64,000 nucleotides of DNA from Candidatus Levyibacteriota bacterium (GTDB taxonomy: Bacteria > Patescibacteriota > Microgenomatia > Levybacterales > UBA12049): contig JAYRIM010000014.1 in NCBI GenBank assembly GCA_041906785.1, forward strand, positions 3,215 to 67,214. The letters are read 5' to 3'. Under the pieces are notes generated by a model, which saw nothing but the letters and a program-made list of their open reading frames with translations, was not told the origin of the DNA and ran no database searches. This document shows, piece by piece, positions 37,637 to 47,138 of this stretch. The first letter of the stretch is position 1, and each line of letters opens with the position of its first letter. The position numbers and the translations under genes were made by a program.

Positions 37637-38623
37637 CTATTCTATAATCTCATAATAAACACCATTCGTAGTTCCGCGTTTTCTAATAAATCCCGTGTCT
37701 TGTAATTTCTTCAAGTCATACCGAAGAGTTCGTTCATTTATTTTCATGAACCGTCTTCGGATAATATCGAAATTGACAAGCTTATGATCCTTTATAATCT
37801 GCAAGATCTCTGCTCGTCGGGGTAGAAGGTAATCTTCAGCTTCACTTTTTTGTTTCGTCAGAACAATTTTTTTCGCAGCATCAGCAGTTTCAGCAATCGC
37901 ATCAAGCATAAATTCCACATAATCAGTAGCATCTTTTTCAGGTTCTTCAAGTGCTCTGTAATATTTACTTCTATTTTCATCCAAATATTCCTCAACAGGT
38001 AATAATTGTTTCATGCCGTATCCTCCTTTTTCTAGGATTGCTTGGAGGAACAGCCGGCCGACTCTACCGTTTCCATCTAAAAATGGATGAATTTTTTCAA
38101 AGGAATAATGTGCAAGAACAGCTCTAATCGGAATAAATACTTCTTTATCGCTATTTGCATATTTTATTAAACGTTCTATTAATAATGGCACTTGTTTTGG
38201 TGGAGGAGGAAGATAAATAGCAATTCCTGCTGCGTTATATATCGCTTCTGCTTGTTTTCTAAATTGTCCCAGGTTATCTTTATCTGTTAAATTTGCCATA
38301 ACTTTTTCATGCATTTGTAATAGGACAGCTGTACTGATATCTCTGGCACCACGCTCATGAATAAACTGCAAGCCTTTCAGGACATTAAAAACTTCAACTT
38401 TTTTCTGGTCACTAGATGGTTTGTGATTTAACTCTTCTAACGTGAGTGGATTTCCTTCAATTCGGGCTGAATAAAGCGAGCTTTTTAACACAGATACTCT
38501 TCGAATATTTGTTTCTATTTCTGGCGGGATCTGTATTGTATTCACAATTTCCCGCGCTGCTTCTATATGCTGTAATAATTGCGTTATTCGGGGTGTAAGT
38601 GAATATTTAGGTGGAATTAACAT
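37637..38623 (-). CDS. fic: Fic family protein (AMPylator-type) with C-terminal wHTH
   Basis: HPFLDGNGRVGRLF = Fic motif HPFx(D/E)GNGRxxR. Confidence 0.85.
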   Translation of the reverse strand: MLIPPKYSLTPRITQLLQHIEAAREIVNTIQIPPEIETNIRRVSVLKSSLYSARIEGNPLTLEELNHKPSSDQKKVEVFNVLKGLQFIHERGARDISTAVLLQMHEKVMANLTDKDNLGQFRKQAEAIYNAAGIAIYLPPPPKQVPLLIERLIKYANSDKEVFIPIRAVLAHYSFEKIHPFLDGNGRVGRLFLQAILEKGGYGMKQLLPVEEYLDENRSKYYRALEEPEKDATDYVEFMLDAIAETADAAKKIVLTKQKSEAEDYLLPRRAEILQIIKDHKLVNFDIIRRRFMKINERTLRYDLKKLQDTGFIRKRGTTNGVYYEIIE

Positions 38624-38634
38624 ATAATTTTGAA

Positions 38635-38682
38635 GTTACAAGTTACAAGTTACAAGTTACAAGTTACAAGTTACAAGTTATG
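38635..38682. repeat. GTTACAA heptamer microsatellite (~6.5 units) in the fic/rpsF divergent intergenic region
   Basis: gttacaagttacaagttacaagttacaagttacaagttacaagtta. Confidence 0.8.
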
Positions 38683-38836
38683 GATTATGAGAAATTTAAC
38701 TAACAGACAACCCAAAACTTACTTTATTCCAAATATTACCTTATATTACCAAATGCTTCCGAATATTTCCATATGTAGTAATTCTTATTTCGCGCTTGCA
38801 ATATTGCTTCAGCTACGGTAAAATTACAACTTAAGT

Positions 38837-39136
38837 ATGAGATCTTATGAATTAGTATTAGTGCTGAGGCCTTCCTTAAATGAAAAGGACCGAGAGAAAC
38901 TTCTTAAAACCGTTAAAGATTGGTTAAAGGATGTTAAAATTAGTAAAGAAGATGTCTGGGGACAAAAGCCTCTTGCGTATAAAATAAAAAGAGAGGTAGC
39001 AGGATATTATGTTAAATATGATTTAGAGGCAGATCCTTCGGCAAGCTCAGGACAAGGAACCATTTCTTCAGAATTTGAAAAAAGATTAATTAACGATGAA
39101 AATATCATTAGACATTTATTGTTAAGAACGAAGTAA
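38837..39136 (+). CDS. rpsF: 30S ribosomal protein S6
   Basis: MRSYELVLVLRPSL... S6 N-terminus. Confidence 0.9.
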   Translation: MRSYELVLVLRPSLNEKDREKLLKTVKDWLKDVKISKEDVWGQKPLAYKIKREVAGYYVKYDLEADPSASSGQGTISSEFEKRLINDENIIRHLLLRTK

Positions 39137-39141
39137 GCATT

Positions 39142-39654
39142 ATGGCACGAAGTTTAAATAAGGTACAGTTGATCGGGAATCTTACACGAGATCCAGAATT
39201 GCGTTATACACCAAGTGGAGCAGCTGTTTGTACCTTTGGTATCGCGACAAACCGTTCATGGACAACTGAAACCGGAGAGAAGCATGAAGAGACAGAGTTC
39301 CATAATATCGTCGCTTGGAATAAGTTAGCAGAACTCTGCAGCCAGTTTCTCGTCAAGGGACGAAAAATTTATGTTGAAGGTCGTTTAGCAACAAGAAATT
39401 GGCAAGGCCAGGATGGTCAGCAGAAATCAAGGACTGAAATAGTCATCGATGATATGATTTTACTTGATAGTATGCGAGGCGGAGCAGCACACGCTGAAGG
39501 AGACAGAGCGAAAACTGCACCAGCTGCGAAAAGTGTACCAGCGAAGCCAGAAAAAGAGCAAAGTCAGAAAGAGGAAACAAAGCCAGATACGAAAGAAGAG
39601 TATCAAGACCAAGGGAACGTTATAGATGTTCCGCCAGATGATATTCCATTCTAG
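39142..39654 (+). CDS. ssb: single-stranded DNA-binding protein
   Basis: OB-fold N-terminus (NKVQLIGNLTRDPELRYTPSGAAV), acidic C-terminal DDIPF tail. Confidence 0.9.
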   Translation: MARSLNKVQLIGNLTRDPELRYTPSGAAVCTFGIATNRSWTTETGEKHEETEFHNIVAWNKLAELCSQFLVKGRKIYVEGRLATRNWQGQDGQQKSRTEIVIDDMILLDSMRGGAAHAEGDRAKTAPAAKSVPAKPEKEQSQKEETKPDTKEEYQDQGNVIDVPPDDIPF

Positions 39655-39770
39655 GTCGCGAAAAATGCGAAGATTAAGAAAATAATATTTCTATCACGAA
39701 TATCGCGAAAAATAAGATTCGTGAAGTTCGCAAACTATTCGCAACTTTCGTGAGAATGGAGCTATAAAAA
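39655..39770. repeat. family-4 repeat built from TCGCGAA / TTCGTG / TCGCAAA units
   Basis: ..ATATCGCGAAAAAT..ATTCGTGAAGTTCGCAAAC..TTCGTGAGAATGG; related to 60755-60900. Confidence 0.4.
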
Positions 39771-39796
39771 TAAATTATTAAGTTTAGGAGAACAAA

Positions 39797-40039
39797 ATGA
39801 AAAGAAAAATTACAAGGATTAAAAAACAACAACCAGTAAATTTGGAATGTTTTTTCTGTACTGAAAAGAAAGAACCTTCCTATGTAAATACGAGTGAACT
39901 GATGAAGTTTGTTTCAGATAGAGGAAAGATCATGTCTCGAAGCAGGAACGGTTTGTGTGCTGTTCACCAACGAAGAGTATCAGATGCAGTAAAATATGCC
40001 CGTCATCTCGCACTTCTTCCATTCGTCGTCAGAGACTGA
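39797..40039 (+). CDS. rpsR: 30S ribosomal protein S18
   Basis: ...SRSRNGLCAVHQRRVSDAVKYARHLALLPF. Confidence 0.9.
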   Translation: MKRKITRIKKQQPVNLECFFCTEKKEPSYVNTSELMKFVSDRGKIMSRSRNGLCAVHQRRVSDAVKYARHLALLPFVVRD

Positions 40040-40135
40040 TAGGAATTGAGAATTGAAAGTTGAGAATTGAGAAATTTATAAGGAATTTTTCAATAACTCT
40101 CAACTCTCCTTTCTCAACTCTCAATTCTTGCCATG
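40040..40135. repeat. long imperfect palindrome of TTGAGAAT units between rpsR and the following gene
   Basis: GAGAATTGAAAGTTGAGAATTGAGAAAT ... CTCTCAACTCTCCTTTCTCAACTCTCAATTC. Confidence 0.5.
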
Positions 40136-40900
40136 TCTTTTCTGCCTTTAGTATTACCTCAAGGATTTATTCCTATCATTAAGCAAAGCGATTCAGTAAA
40201 GATTGGGCAAGTCTTAGCCCAAAAAACAACATCTTCAGAAGTTTCCTTAGCACTTACAAAAGAACTCGGCATTAAAGCGAAAGAAGTCGCAAAATTTCTA
40301 AAAAAACAACCAGGAGAGAAAATAACTCCAGGTGAAATTATCGCTCAAAAAAAGAATGTATTTGGTAGAATAACTGCGAAAGTTGTAAGTAAAACTATTG
40401 GGACAATAACGCGGTTTGAGCGTGATACGGGAGAGTTATTCATACTCATCGAGCAGCAGGAAAACAATACGCCTGAAACATTTATTTCGCCTATTGAAGG
40501 TACCATTTTAGTATGTAATAATGAGAAAATTGTCATTCAGACAGAAAAGAATGCAGTAGTTGGCACAAAAGGTTTCGGACCCCAAGTTTTTGCATCATTA
40601 TATATTTTAGAAGATGTAGAAACAGTTGATCCATACCATATTCAGTCTGATGCCATTGGAGGAATAGTAGTCGGTAGGTTTTTCCCAAGAGAAGTATTAG
40701 TAAAAAGTGTAAGTATCGGTGTAAAAGCAGTAATAGCATCTAAAGTACTTGATACGGACATATACTTTCTGACAGAAAAAAAATTACAACTTCCTCTTAT
40801 AGAAGTCGATCCAAACAATTTAGGAAAAATTCGCGAATGGCACGGAAGAAACGTTTTTTTAGATGGAGAGACAAAGACAATAATATTATTGCATAACTAA
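40133..40900 (+). CDS. hypothetical protein (occupies the position usually held by rplI)
   Basis: 255 aa, no similarity to L9 that I can see. Confidence 0.45.
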   Translation: MSFLPLVLPQGFIPIIKQSDSVKIGQVLAQKTTSSEVSLALTKELGIKAKEVAKFLKKQPGEKITPGEIIAQKKNVFGRITAKVVSKTIGTITRFERDTGELFILIEQQENNTPETFISPIEGTILVCNNEKIVIQTEKNAVVGTKGFGPQVFASLYILEDVETVDPYHIQSDAIGGIVVGRFFPREVLVKSVSIGVKAVIASKVLDTDIYFLTEKKLQLPLIEVDPNNLGKIREWHGRNVFLDGETKTIILLHN

Positions 40901-41037
40901 ATCCGAAATACGAATATTGAAATACAAAACAAATTTGAATAATTGAATACAATAAATAATAATGTTTTAAACATTTGAAAATTCAAGTTTTAGATTTGTT
41001 TCGAGTTTCGAAATTATATATTCAATTTTAATATTCC

Positions 41038-42303
41038 ATGCGTAGACAAAAATTTTATTTCATTATTGCGATACTTTTTTCTGGATTTGTCGGATATATC
41101 ATTGGTACGAGTAAAATTAAAGCTGATTGGAAGAATTTCCAACCACATTTAGAAATCACAAGTAAACAACCTCCAGCCTCTATTTCGCATATCGATTTTT
41201 CACCAATGTGGGTAGTTCTTCAGCACTTAGAGAGTGAATATTATGATAAACAGGCATTAAATCCTCAAAAAGTCCTGAACGGTGCTATTTCAGGAATGGT
41301 TTCAAGTTTAGATGATCCCTATACAGTCTATCTTCCTCCAGCAGAAAACAATGATTTTAAAGAAGTCATGGCAGGTAAATTTGAAGGAATAGGAGCAGAG
41401 TTAGGAATGAAAGAAAAACAAATAATAGTCGTAGCTCCTCTTGATGGAAGTCCTGCGAAACAGGCTGGTATTCGTGGAGGCGATGCGATTATAAAAGTTG
41501 ACAACCAGACGACTTATGGATGGACTATCGCAGAAGCTGTCGATAAAATTCGGGGTCCAAAAGGTTCGAAGGTTACACTTCTTATAGCACGGGAAGGAGA
41601 AAAAGAAGCAAAAACTATTACCATAATGCGGGATACAATAACTATCAAAAGTATCACTTCATGGGTTAAACCAGTGAAAGATGTGGAGAATATCAAAATG
41701 ACTTCGACCTTACAATCAAATAAAGATAAGAAAGTTGCATATATCCGTTTATCACAGTTTGGTGATAGCACAAATCAAGAATGGGTAAATGTGACTAATG
41801 AAGTTAGTCTCGCGATGAAAAGAGATCCAGATATACAAGGTGTTATTTTCGATTTACGTAATAATCCTGGTGGGTATTTAAATGATGCAGTATTTATCGC
41901 ATCTGAGTTTCTAAAAGATGGAACTGTGGTCATGCAGGAAGACAGGGAAGGTAACCGAATGAAGATGGATGTGACACGACAAGGATTGTTAACCTCAGTT
42001 CCAGTGTATGTATTAATAAATAAAGGATCAGCATCTGCTTCAGAAATAGTGGCTGGTGCATTATCAGATCATGGCCGAGCGAAATTAATAGGAGAAGTTT
42101 CATTCGGAAAAGGAACTGTCCAGGCAGCAGAAGAACTTGGTGGTGGTTCAGGTTTGCATGTTACTATAGCGAAATGGTTAACGCCGAACGGAACATGGGT
42201 ACATCAAAAAGGCTTAACGCCGCAGATAGAAGTAAAACTTGATGATAAAGATCCCTCACATGATACGCAATTGGAAAGGGCTGTGGAGGAACTCGTTAGA
42301 TAG
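41038..42303 (+). CDS. ctpA: carboxyl-terminal processing protease (S41, CtpA-like)
   Basis: N-terminal TM, PDZ, S41 catalytic region GSASASEIVAGAL and ...VSFGKGTVQ. Confidence 0.8.
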   Translation: MRRQKFYFIIAILFSGFVGYIIGTSKIKADWKNFQPHLEITSKQPPASISHIDFSPMWVVLQHLESEYYDKQALNPQKVLNGAISGMVSSLDDPYTVYLPPAENNDFKEVMAGKFEGIGAELGMKEKQIIVVAPLDGSPAKQAGIRGGDAIIKVDNQTTYGWTIAEAVDKIRGPKGSKVTLLIAREGEKEAKTITIMRDTITIKSITSWVKPVKDVENIKMTSTLQSNKDKKVAYIRLSQFGDSTNQEWVNVTNEVSLAMKRDPDIQGVIFDLRNNPGGYLNDAVFIASEFLKDGTVVMQEDREGNRMKMDVTRQGLLTSVPVYVLINKGSASASEIVAGALSDHGRAKLIGEVSFGKGTVQAAEELGGGSGLHVTIAKWLTPNGTWVHQKGLTPQIEVKLDDKDPSHDTQLERAVEELVR

Positions 42304-42481
42304 GGGCAAATGAGACAAAAGAGCCAGAGGTACCAAATGTTCACTTGTTCTAAATTCTATTGTTTTTTCTCTTATATCCCCTTTGTCTCATTTGTCTCCT
42401 TGGTCCCTTCTGTAAGCTGATTGTAATCTTCTTATAAAGGTGTTCTTTACTTTTTTTAGTATACTCGGCTATAGTAAAAGT

Positions 42482-44839
42482 ATGGCCGAAGATACTGAAG
42501 GACAAGGTGATAAAGCAGGAGCAGAAGGTTTTAAAGCCAGAGCTGGAGGAGTGGAACAAGGTAGAGATCGCACACCTAAATTAGTAAAAGAAGAAGTTTC
42601 ATTTGTTGAACAACGAGCATATTGGGATCGGGAAACAGTCACTGAAGTAGTAGACGGACAGGATGTTACACGACAATTAACAGATGACGAGAGATTGGAG
42701 CTTGCTGAAATTGCGTATAGAAGATTTGCTTATGAACGATTTGAAGAATTTGAAAAGGATCAAGGTGGTAAATTTAGAGATCGTGGAGACAGTGTAGAGT
42801 ATTCATTCTTAAAAGCATTAGGCATAGATCTTCGCGATTTTGATTTTGAAAGTTTTCATAGAGCTCATTTCCTTCGAGAAAAAGGTGGAAAAACTATTTA
42901 TACAAGAGATATAGTACCCTTTGTACGATTTGTTGCAGATAAGTTTCCACTTGATGAAAATCAAAGAAGTTTCGCACTCCATCCGAGAAATCAACAAGCT
43001 TTAAGAATGTGGGGACAGTTATGGGGACAGAGGGAAGCAAAGCTACTTCCAGATTATGTAAGAATGGCCATTCAGGAACCAAGGAAATTTGAAGAACTCG
43101 TTAGACAAAGAGACGAAAAAGCTGAAGCTGCAGATAGAGACGATGTAGCTGCACAAATAACAGTAGGCCAGCCAGAAGTTGCAGTAGATGTTAGCGATGA
43201 TGATGAAACCGGAAGGAGGGGTATTGCGGTCGTAAGAGCTATTGAGCGACCTACACAAACAATTGCAGTCGAGAGGCCACTAAATGCGTCAAGCCCAATT
43301 AATTTAATAGCCTTACGGAGACCTGAAACCTTAAATACAGTAGCAAATCAATTACGAGAACATGGGTCTGTACAGATAGTGATACAAGATAGGACGCCAC
43401 GTGAGAATGCAAGAGAAAAAATCGAAGCAGGCATAGTCGATCGGCTTGGAACGGTGGGAGATTTGCATAATCTCAATGTTGAAGTTCGTCGTGTATCTGC
43501 TGGTTCCGTCCGTGGACAGACAAGTTGGGTATATGAAGTCCGTTTAAAAGATACTGGACAGGAAATAGTTGGAGGGGCAGAAGTAGTTGCTCCAGCGGAG
43601 CCTGAAGAAAATTTAGATACGAGAGTGGAGAGAGTTAGGAGAGAAGTGTTTAAGAGTCGAGAGGAATGGACAGAAGAAGATATGATAGCTCTCTCTGATA
43701 AAGTGACAGGAATTCTACAAAGGGATAAGGCACAGGGTGCGGAAGTGGTTAAAACATTAGGTAACGCAGATCCAACCGAAATTACATACCATGACAGAGC
43801 TGTATTTATACCGAAAAGAGAAAGAAAAATTTTCATAGCGCATGATATTCATGGTGATTCTACTGCCTTAGGAAATATTTCAGAAGCTTTTATTAGGGAG
43901 ATGCTGGATCCGAATGTTTCCGAGGATAAAAAACCACTTCTTATTATTAGCGGTACGAAATTTAATCGAGGAAATGCGAACGTTTCAACGATGGGTGCAG
44001 GTTTAAAACTAAAAGAACTTTTTAGACAGAACGTCCAATTCAGTCAGGGTCTTTATGATACTACCGAGGATCAACATACGGAAAGGAAGAAATTCGTTCC
44101 TGCAGACGGCGTGGAAGAAGTATATGGTTGGCATGCAGGACAACCTATAGATAAAGCGAAAACTATTTTACGAGGAATAAAAAATACAAATCTAAGAGCA
44201 ATTCTAGAATTAGATGCTGAAGCAGATGTACAAGAACAAAATGTTTTACAAAAAGAATTAGTGATACTGCTTTCGGAAGCATTACAAGGAAGAAAAGTAT
44301 CTTCTTATTTAGAAACCCAGATGTCACAACGGGGTTTAAAAAGACGTAAAGACCTCCCTGGAATTGCTAAGTTATCTGCAGAAGATCGTGATCGACTCCG
44401 TGGAGCCATTGGTAGAGTTACCAGAGAATTAGGAACAGAATTAGAGGTGACGCAAGCATTTAACAGAGTGTTTGCTGCAATGCCAGAGTCAGTTGTTTGC
44501 CAAAATGGTTTAATAATTTCTTCAGTTTCAGGTGGTTATTCAGATGATGAGTTATTACGTAATACAGCAGAAATTGGTCTTTCAACTATTATAACTTCTT
44601 TAACAGCTGATCAGGATAAAGAGAAAAGTTATGAACCTGAATCAGGGAAAAAGATTATGAGATTTCGATCTACCGGAGGGTATCGTTCTGGCAAAGATCC
44701 GTGGGATAATAAAGATAGCGGATTTGCACATCGAGAACATAGACCGAAATATATGGTTCTTAATGGAAATGAAGATGTTACAGAGTTTAAGCCTGAATAT
44801 TTTAAAGATGTATTTCCAGAATTAGCGGAAGCAGCTTGA
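42482..44839 (+). CDS. large (785 aa) hypothetical cytoplasmic protein
   Basis: Start moved to ATG 42482 (MAEDTEG); acidic, no signal peptide; one HDIHGD segment but no full phosphoesterase motif set. Confidence 0.5.
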   Translation: MAEDTEGQGDKAGAEGFKARAGGVEQGRDRTPKLVKEEVSFVEQRAYWDRETVTEVVDGQDVTRQLTDDERLELAEIAYRRFAYERFEEFEKDQGGKFRDRGDSVEYSFLKALGIDLRDFDFESFHRAHFLREKGGKTIYTRDIVPFVRFVADKFPLDENQRSFALHPRNQQALRMWGQLWGQREAKLLPDYVRMAIQEPRKFEELVRQRDEKAEAADRDDVAAQITVGQPEVAVDVSDDDETGRRGIAVVRAIERPTQTIAVERPLNASSPINLIALRRPETLNTVANQLREHGSVQIVIQDRTPRENAREKIEAGIVDRLGTVGDLHNLNVEVRRVSAGSVRGQTSWVYEVRLKDTGQEIVGGAEVVAPAEPEENLDTRVERVRREVFKSREEWTEEDMIALSDKVTGILQRDKAQGAEVVKTLGNADPTEITYHDRAVFIPKRERKIFIAHDIHGDSTALGNISEAFIREMLDPNVSEDKKPLLIISGTKFNRGNANVSTMGAGLKLKELFRQNVQFSQGLYDTTEDQHTERKKFVPADGVEEVYGWHAGQPIDKAKTILRGIKNTNLRAILELDAEADVQEQNVLQKELVILLSEALQGRKVSSYLETQMSQRGLKRRKDLPGIAKLSAEDRDRLRGAIGRVTRELGTELEVTQAFNRVFAAMPESVVCQNGLIISSVSGGYSDDELLRNTAEIGLSTIITSLTADQDKEKSYEPESGKKIMRFRSTGGYRSGKDPWDNKDSGFAHREHRPKYMVLNGNEDVTEFKPEYFKDVFPELAEAA

Positions 44840-44905
44840 AGATAGACTACAATTTTTCAGCGAAAATTATTGCATTTCTTACAAATCAGTACTAGAATAT
44901 TTTTT

Positions 44906-46057
44906 ATGCGTAAACTCATAGGTTTAGTTATTTTACTTCTTGGTATTCTTGCTCTTTTAAATGGAGCATCCGATTCATTTCCTCAACTTCGAAATTTTAC
45001 CCAAAAACTAGAACAGCCTCAAGTTACGAAAGAAAATGTTAAAGTTGTGACAGAAGAGTCAGTTGTTATTAATGTTGTTAAGAATTCAGGTCCTTCTGTA
45101 GTCACAATTGCGGCACAATCAGGCCAACGATCAACCTTCGAGGATGATCCCTTCTCAATTTTCGGTACACCCAGACGTTCTACAGAGCCACAAAATATCG
45201 GTTCTGGATTTGTCGTTTCTTCAGACGGCTTAATCGTTACTAATAAGCACGTAGTGAGCCAAACAGGGGTGAATTATTCTGTTATTACCACCGGAGAAAA
45301 GCGGTATAAAGTGGAAAAAATTTATCGTGACCCATTAAATGATATTGCAATAGTAAAAATTAATCCAAAAGAAAATAGCCAAGAATTAAAACCTCTTGAG
45401 CTTGGTGATTCTTCAAAACTACAAGTTGGACAATTAGTTATCGCTATAGGTACAGCATTGGGAGAATTTAATAATACAGTAACAACAGGTGTTATATCAG
45501 GGCTCGGTCGAGGAATTGTCGCAGGATCATATTTCGAAGGTTTTGCTGAAAAACTAGATGATGTTATTCAGACAGATGCAGCTATTAACCCGGGAAATAG
45601 TGGTGGTCCATTATTAAATTCAGCAGGGCAGGTGATAGGAGTAAATACAGCAGTCTCACAAAGCGGACAGAATATTGGTTTTGCGTTACCAATTAATGTC
45701 ATAAAAGATTCATTAAAGAACTTCAATGAAACAGGCCAGTTTAATCGGCCATACCTAGGGATCTCATATCAAATGGTTACCAGGGAAGCTGCTCTACAGA
45801 ACGATATTCCAGAGGGTGCGTATATACGTGGTGTTATTGAAGATTCAGCAGCATCAAAAGCTGGTTTGGAAGTAGGGGATATCGTTACAAAAGTAAATGG
45901 CCAGAAACTTCAAGCAGAGACAAATGAACTTGCGAAAGTTATCAGTCAAAAGAAGGTCGGCGATAAACTGATACTTACTGTCTGGAGAGAAAACGAAGAG
46001 GGAAAAGGAGAAACGTTTGATACAACTGTTACATTGGAAGCCGCCCCGGAGGAATAG
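44906..46057 (+). CDS. htrA: HtrA/DegP-family serine protease with PDZ
   Basis: TNKHVV (His), D, GNSGGPLLN (Ser) triad blocks, C-terminal PDZ. Confidence 0.85.
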   Translation: MRKLIGLVILLLGILALLNGASDSFPQLRNFTQKLEQPQVTKENVKVVTEESVVINVVKNSGPSVVTIAAQSGQRSTFEDDPFSIFGTPRRSTEPQNIGSGFVVSSDGLIVTNKHVVSQTGVNYSVITTGEKRYKVEKIYRDPLNDIAIVKINPKENSQELKPLELGDSSKLQVGQLVIAIGTALGEFNNTVTTGVISGLGRGIVAGSYFEGFAEKLDDVIQTDAAINPGNSGGPLLNSAGQVIGVNTAVSQSGQNIGFALPINVIKDSLKNFNETGQFNRPYLGISYQMVTREAALQNDIPEGAYIRGVIEDSAASKAGLEVGDIVTKVNGQKLQAETNELAKVISQKKVGDKLILTVWRENEEGKGETFDTTVTLEAAPEE

Positions 46058-46200
46058 TCAGTTCTCAGTTTTCAGTTGTCGGTTTTCAGATTGCAGTTTA
46101 TCGGTTATTAGTCTTTCAGTTTTTAAATATCTGACAAACTGAAAATGGATAGACTGGTAGCTGACGCTGATAACCGAAAACTGATTACGGATTCTGCCTC
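46057..46200. repeat. CAGTTnTC(A/G)G decamer-family element arranged as a long imperfect palindrome
   Basis: Direct decamer variants (CAGTTCTCAG TTTTCAGTTGTCGG TTTTCAG...) followed by the inverted set (CTGATAACCGAAAACTGA). Confidence 0.55.
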
Positions 46201-46266
46201 TTGCGTAGTCTTTTTTTCTTCTATATAATACTATAAAGTACATATACATACTGTATACTTTTAGCC

Positions 46267-47007
46267 ATGCCAGAAAAGAAAACACAGAAAACTACTGCTA
46301 AACCTACTAAGACAAAAACTCCATCACGAGCCAGAAAGTCATCTGTAAAAACTCAAGCTGTACAGTCAGAAAAAACCGTGAACAAAGAAAATGCATCTTC
46401 ACCTCGTCTTGCTTCTTTACGTTCAGTTCGCGTAAGAAGAACGTATATAATTATCGCAGCAGTTATTCTTCTCCTTGTAGCAGGAATTTTTCTCGCTAGA
46501 AATTATCTTATCGCCGCTATGGTTAATGGACAGCCTATTAGCCGTTTAAGTGTCATTAGCGAACTGGAGCGACAGGGTGGGAAACAAACACTCGATACAA
46601 TCATTACTAAGACGCTTATCGCTCAAGAAGCGAAAAAAAGAAATGTTACGGTATCACAAAAAGATATTGATAATGAATTAAAAAGACTTGAACAACAATA
46701 TTCGACTCAAGGTCAAAAGTTAGATCAAGTTCTCGCGATGAACGGTATGACAAAAGATCAGCTCGTCGAACTTATTGAAACTCAGAAAAGAATTGAAAAA
46801 ATGGTTGGAGAACAGAAAGTGACAGATAAAGAAGTCGATGAGTATATTGAAAGGAACAGAGAATCTCTTCCTCAAGATCAGGATGAAGCGGTATTAAAGA
46901 AAAATACGAAAGAGCGATTACAGCAACAAAAACTGAATGAGAAAGCACAGACATTTCTCGATGACTTACGCAAAAATGCAAAGATTGATTACTACGTCCA
47001 GTACTAA
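46267..47007 (+). CDS. SurA-N-terminal-domain-like membrane-anchored chaperone
   Basis: Lys-rich N-terminus, single TM, helical domain resembling the SurA/PrsA N-domain; no PPIase domain. Confidence 0.45.
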   Translation: MPEKKTQKTTAKPTKTKTPSRARKSSVKTQAVQSEKTVNKENASSPRLASLRSVRVRRTYIIIAAVILLLVAGIFLARNYLIAAMVNGQPISRLSVISELERQGGKQTLDTIITKTLIAQEAKKRNVTVSQKDIDNELKRLEQQYSTQGQKLDQVLAMNGMTKDQLVELIETQKRIEKMVGEQKVTDKEVDEYIERNRESLPQDQDEAVLKKNTKERLQQQKLNEKAQTFLDDLRKNAKIDYYVQY

Positions 47008-47138
47008 ATTCATTCATTACCTCTTATTTATATCCTATTGACAAACACAGCCATTCTCTTTCAGAATATATATATGCGCTAGATGTAACCTGCAACAGGT
47101 TACAAGTCACTTGTGACATAATTTGGGAGGTGATATTC

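Noticed and set aside
38635-38682. CRISPR array
   Set aside because: The tandem heptamer has no spacers. No repeat-spacer architecture was found anywhere in the window, and the Cas4-like gene has no cas neighbours.
38630-38821. 63-aa ORF (MKLQVTSYKLQVTSYKL...)
   Set aside because: It is a translation of the GTTACAA heptamer array in a promoter region, not a gene.
46058-46285. 75-aa minus-strand ORF
   Set aside because: It overlaps the palindromic decamer element, is a translation of the repeats, and has no RBS.
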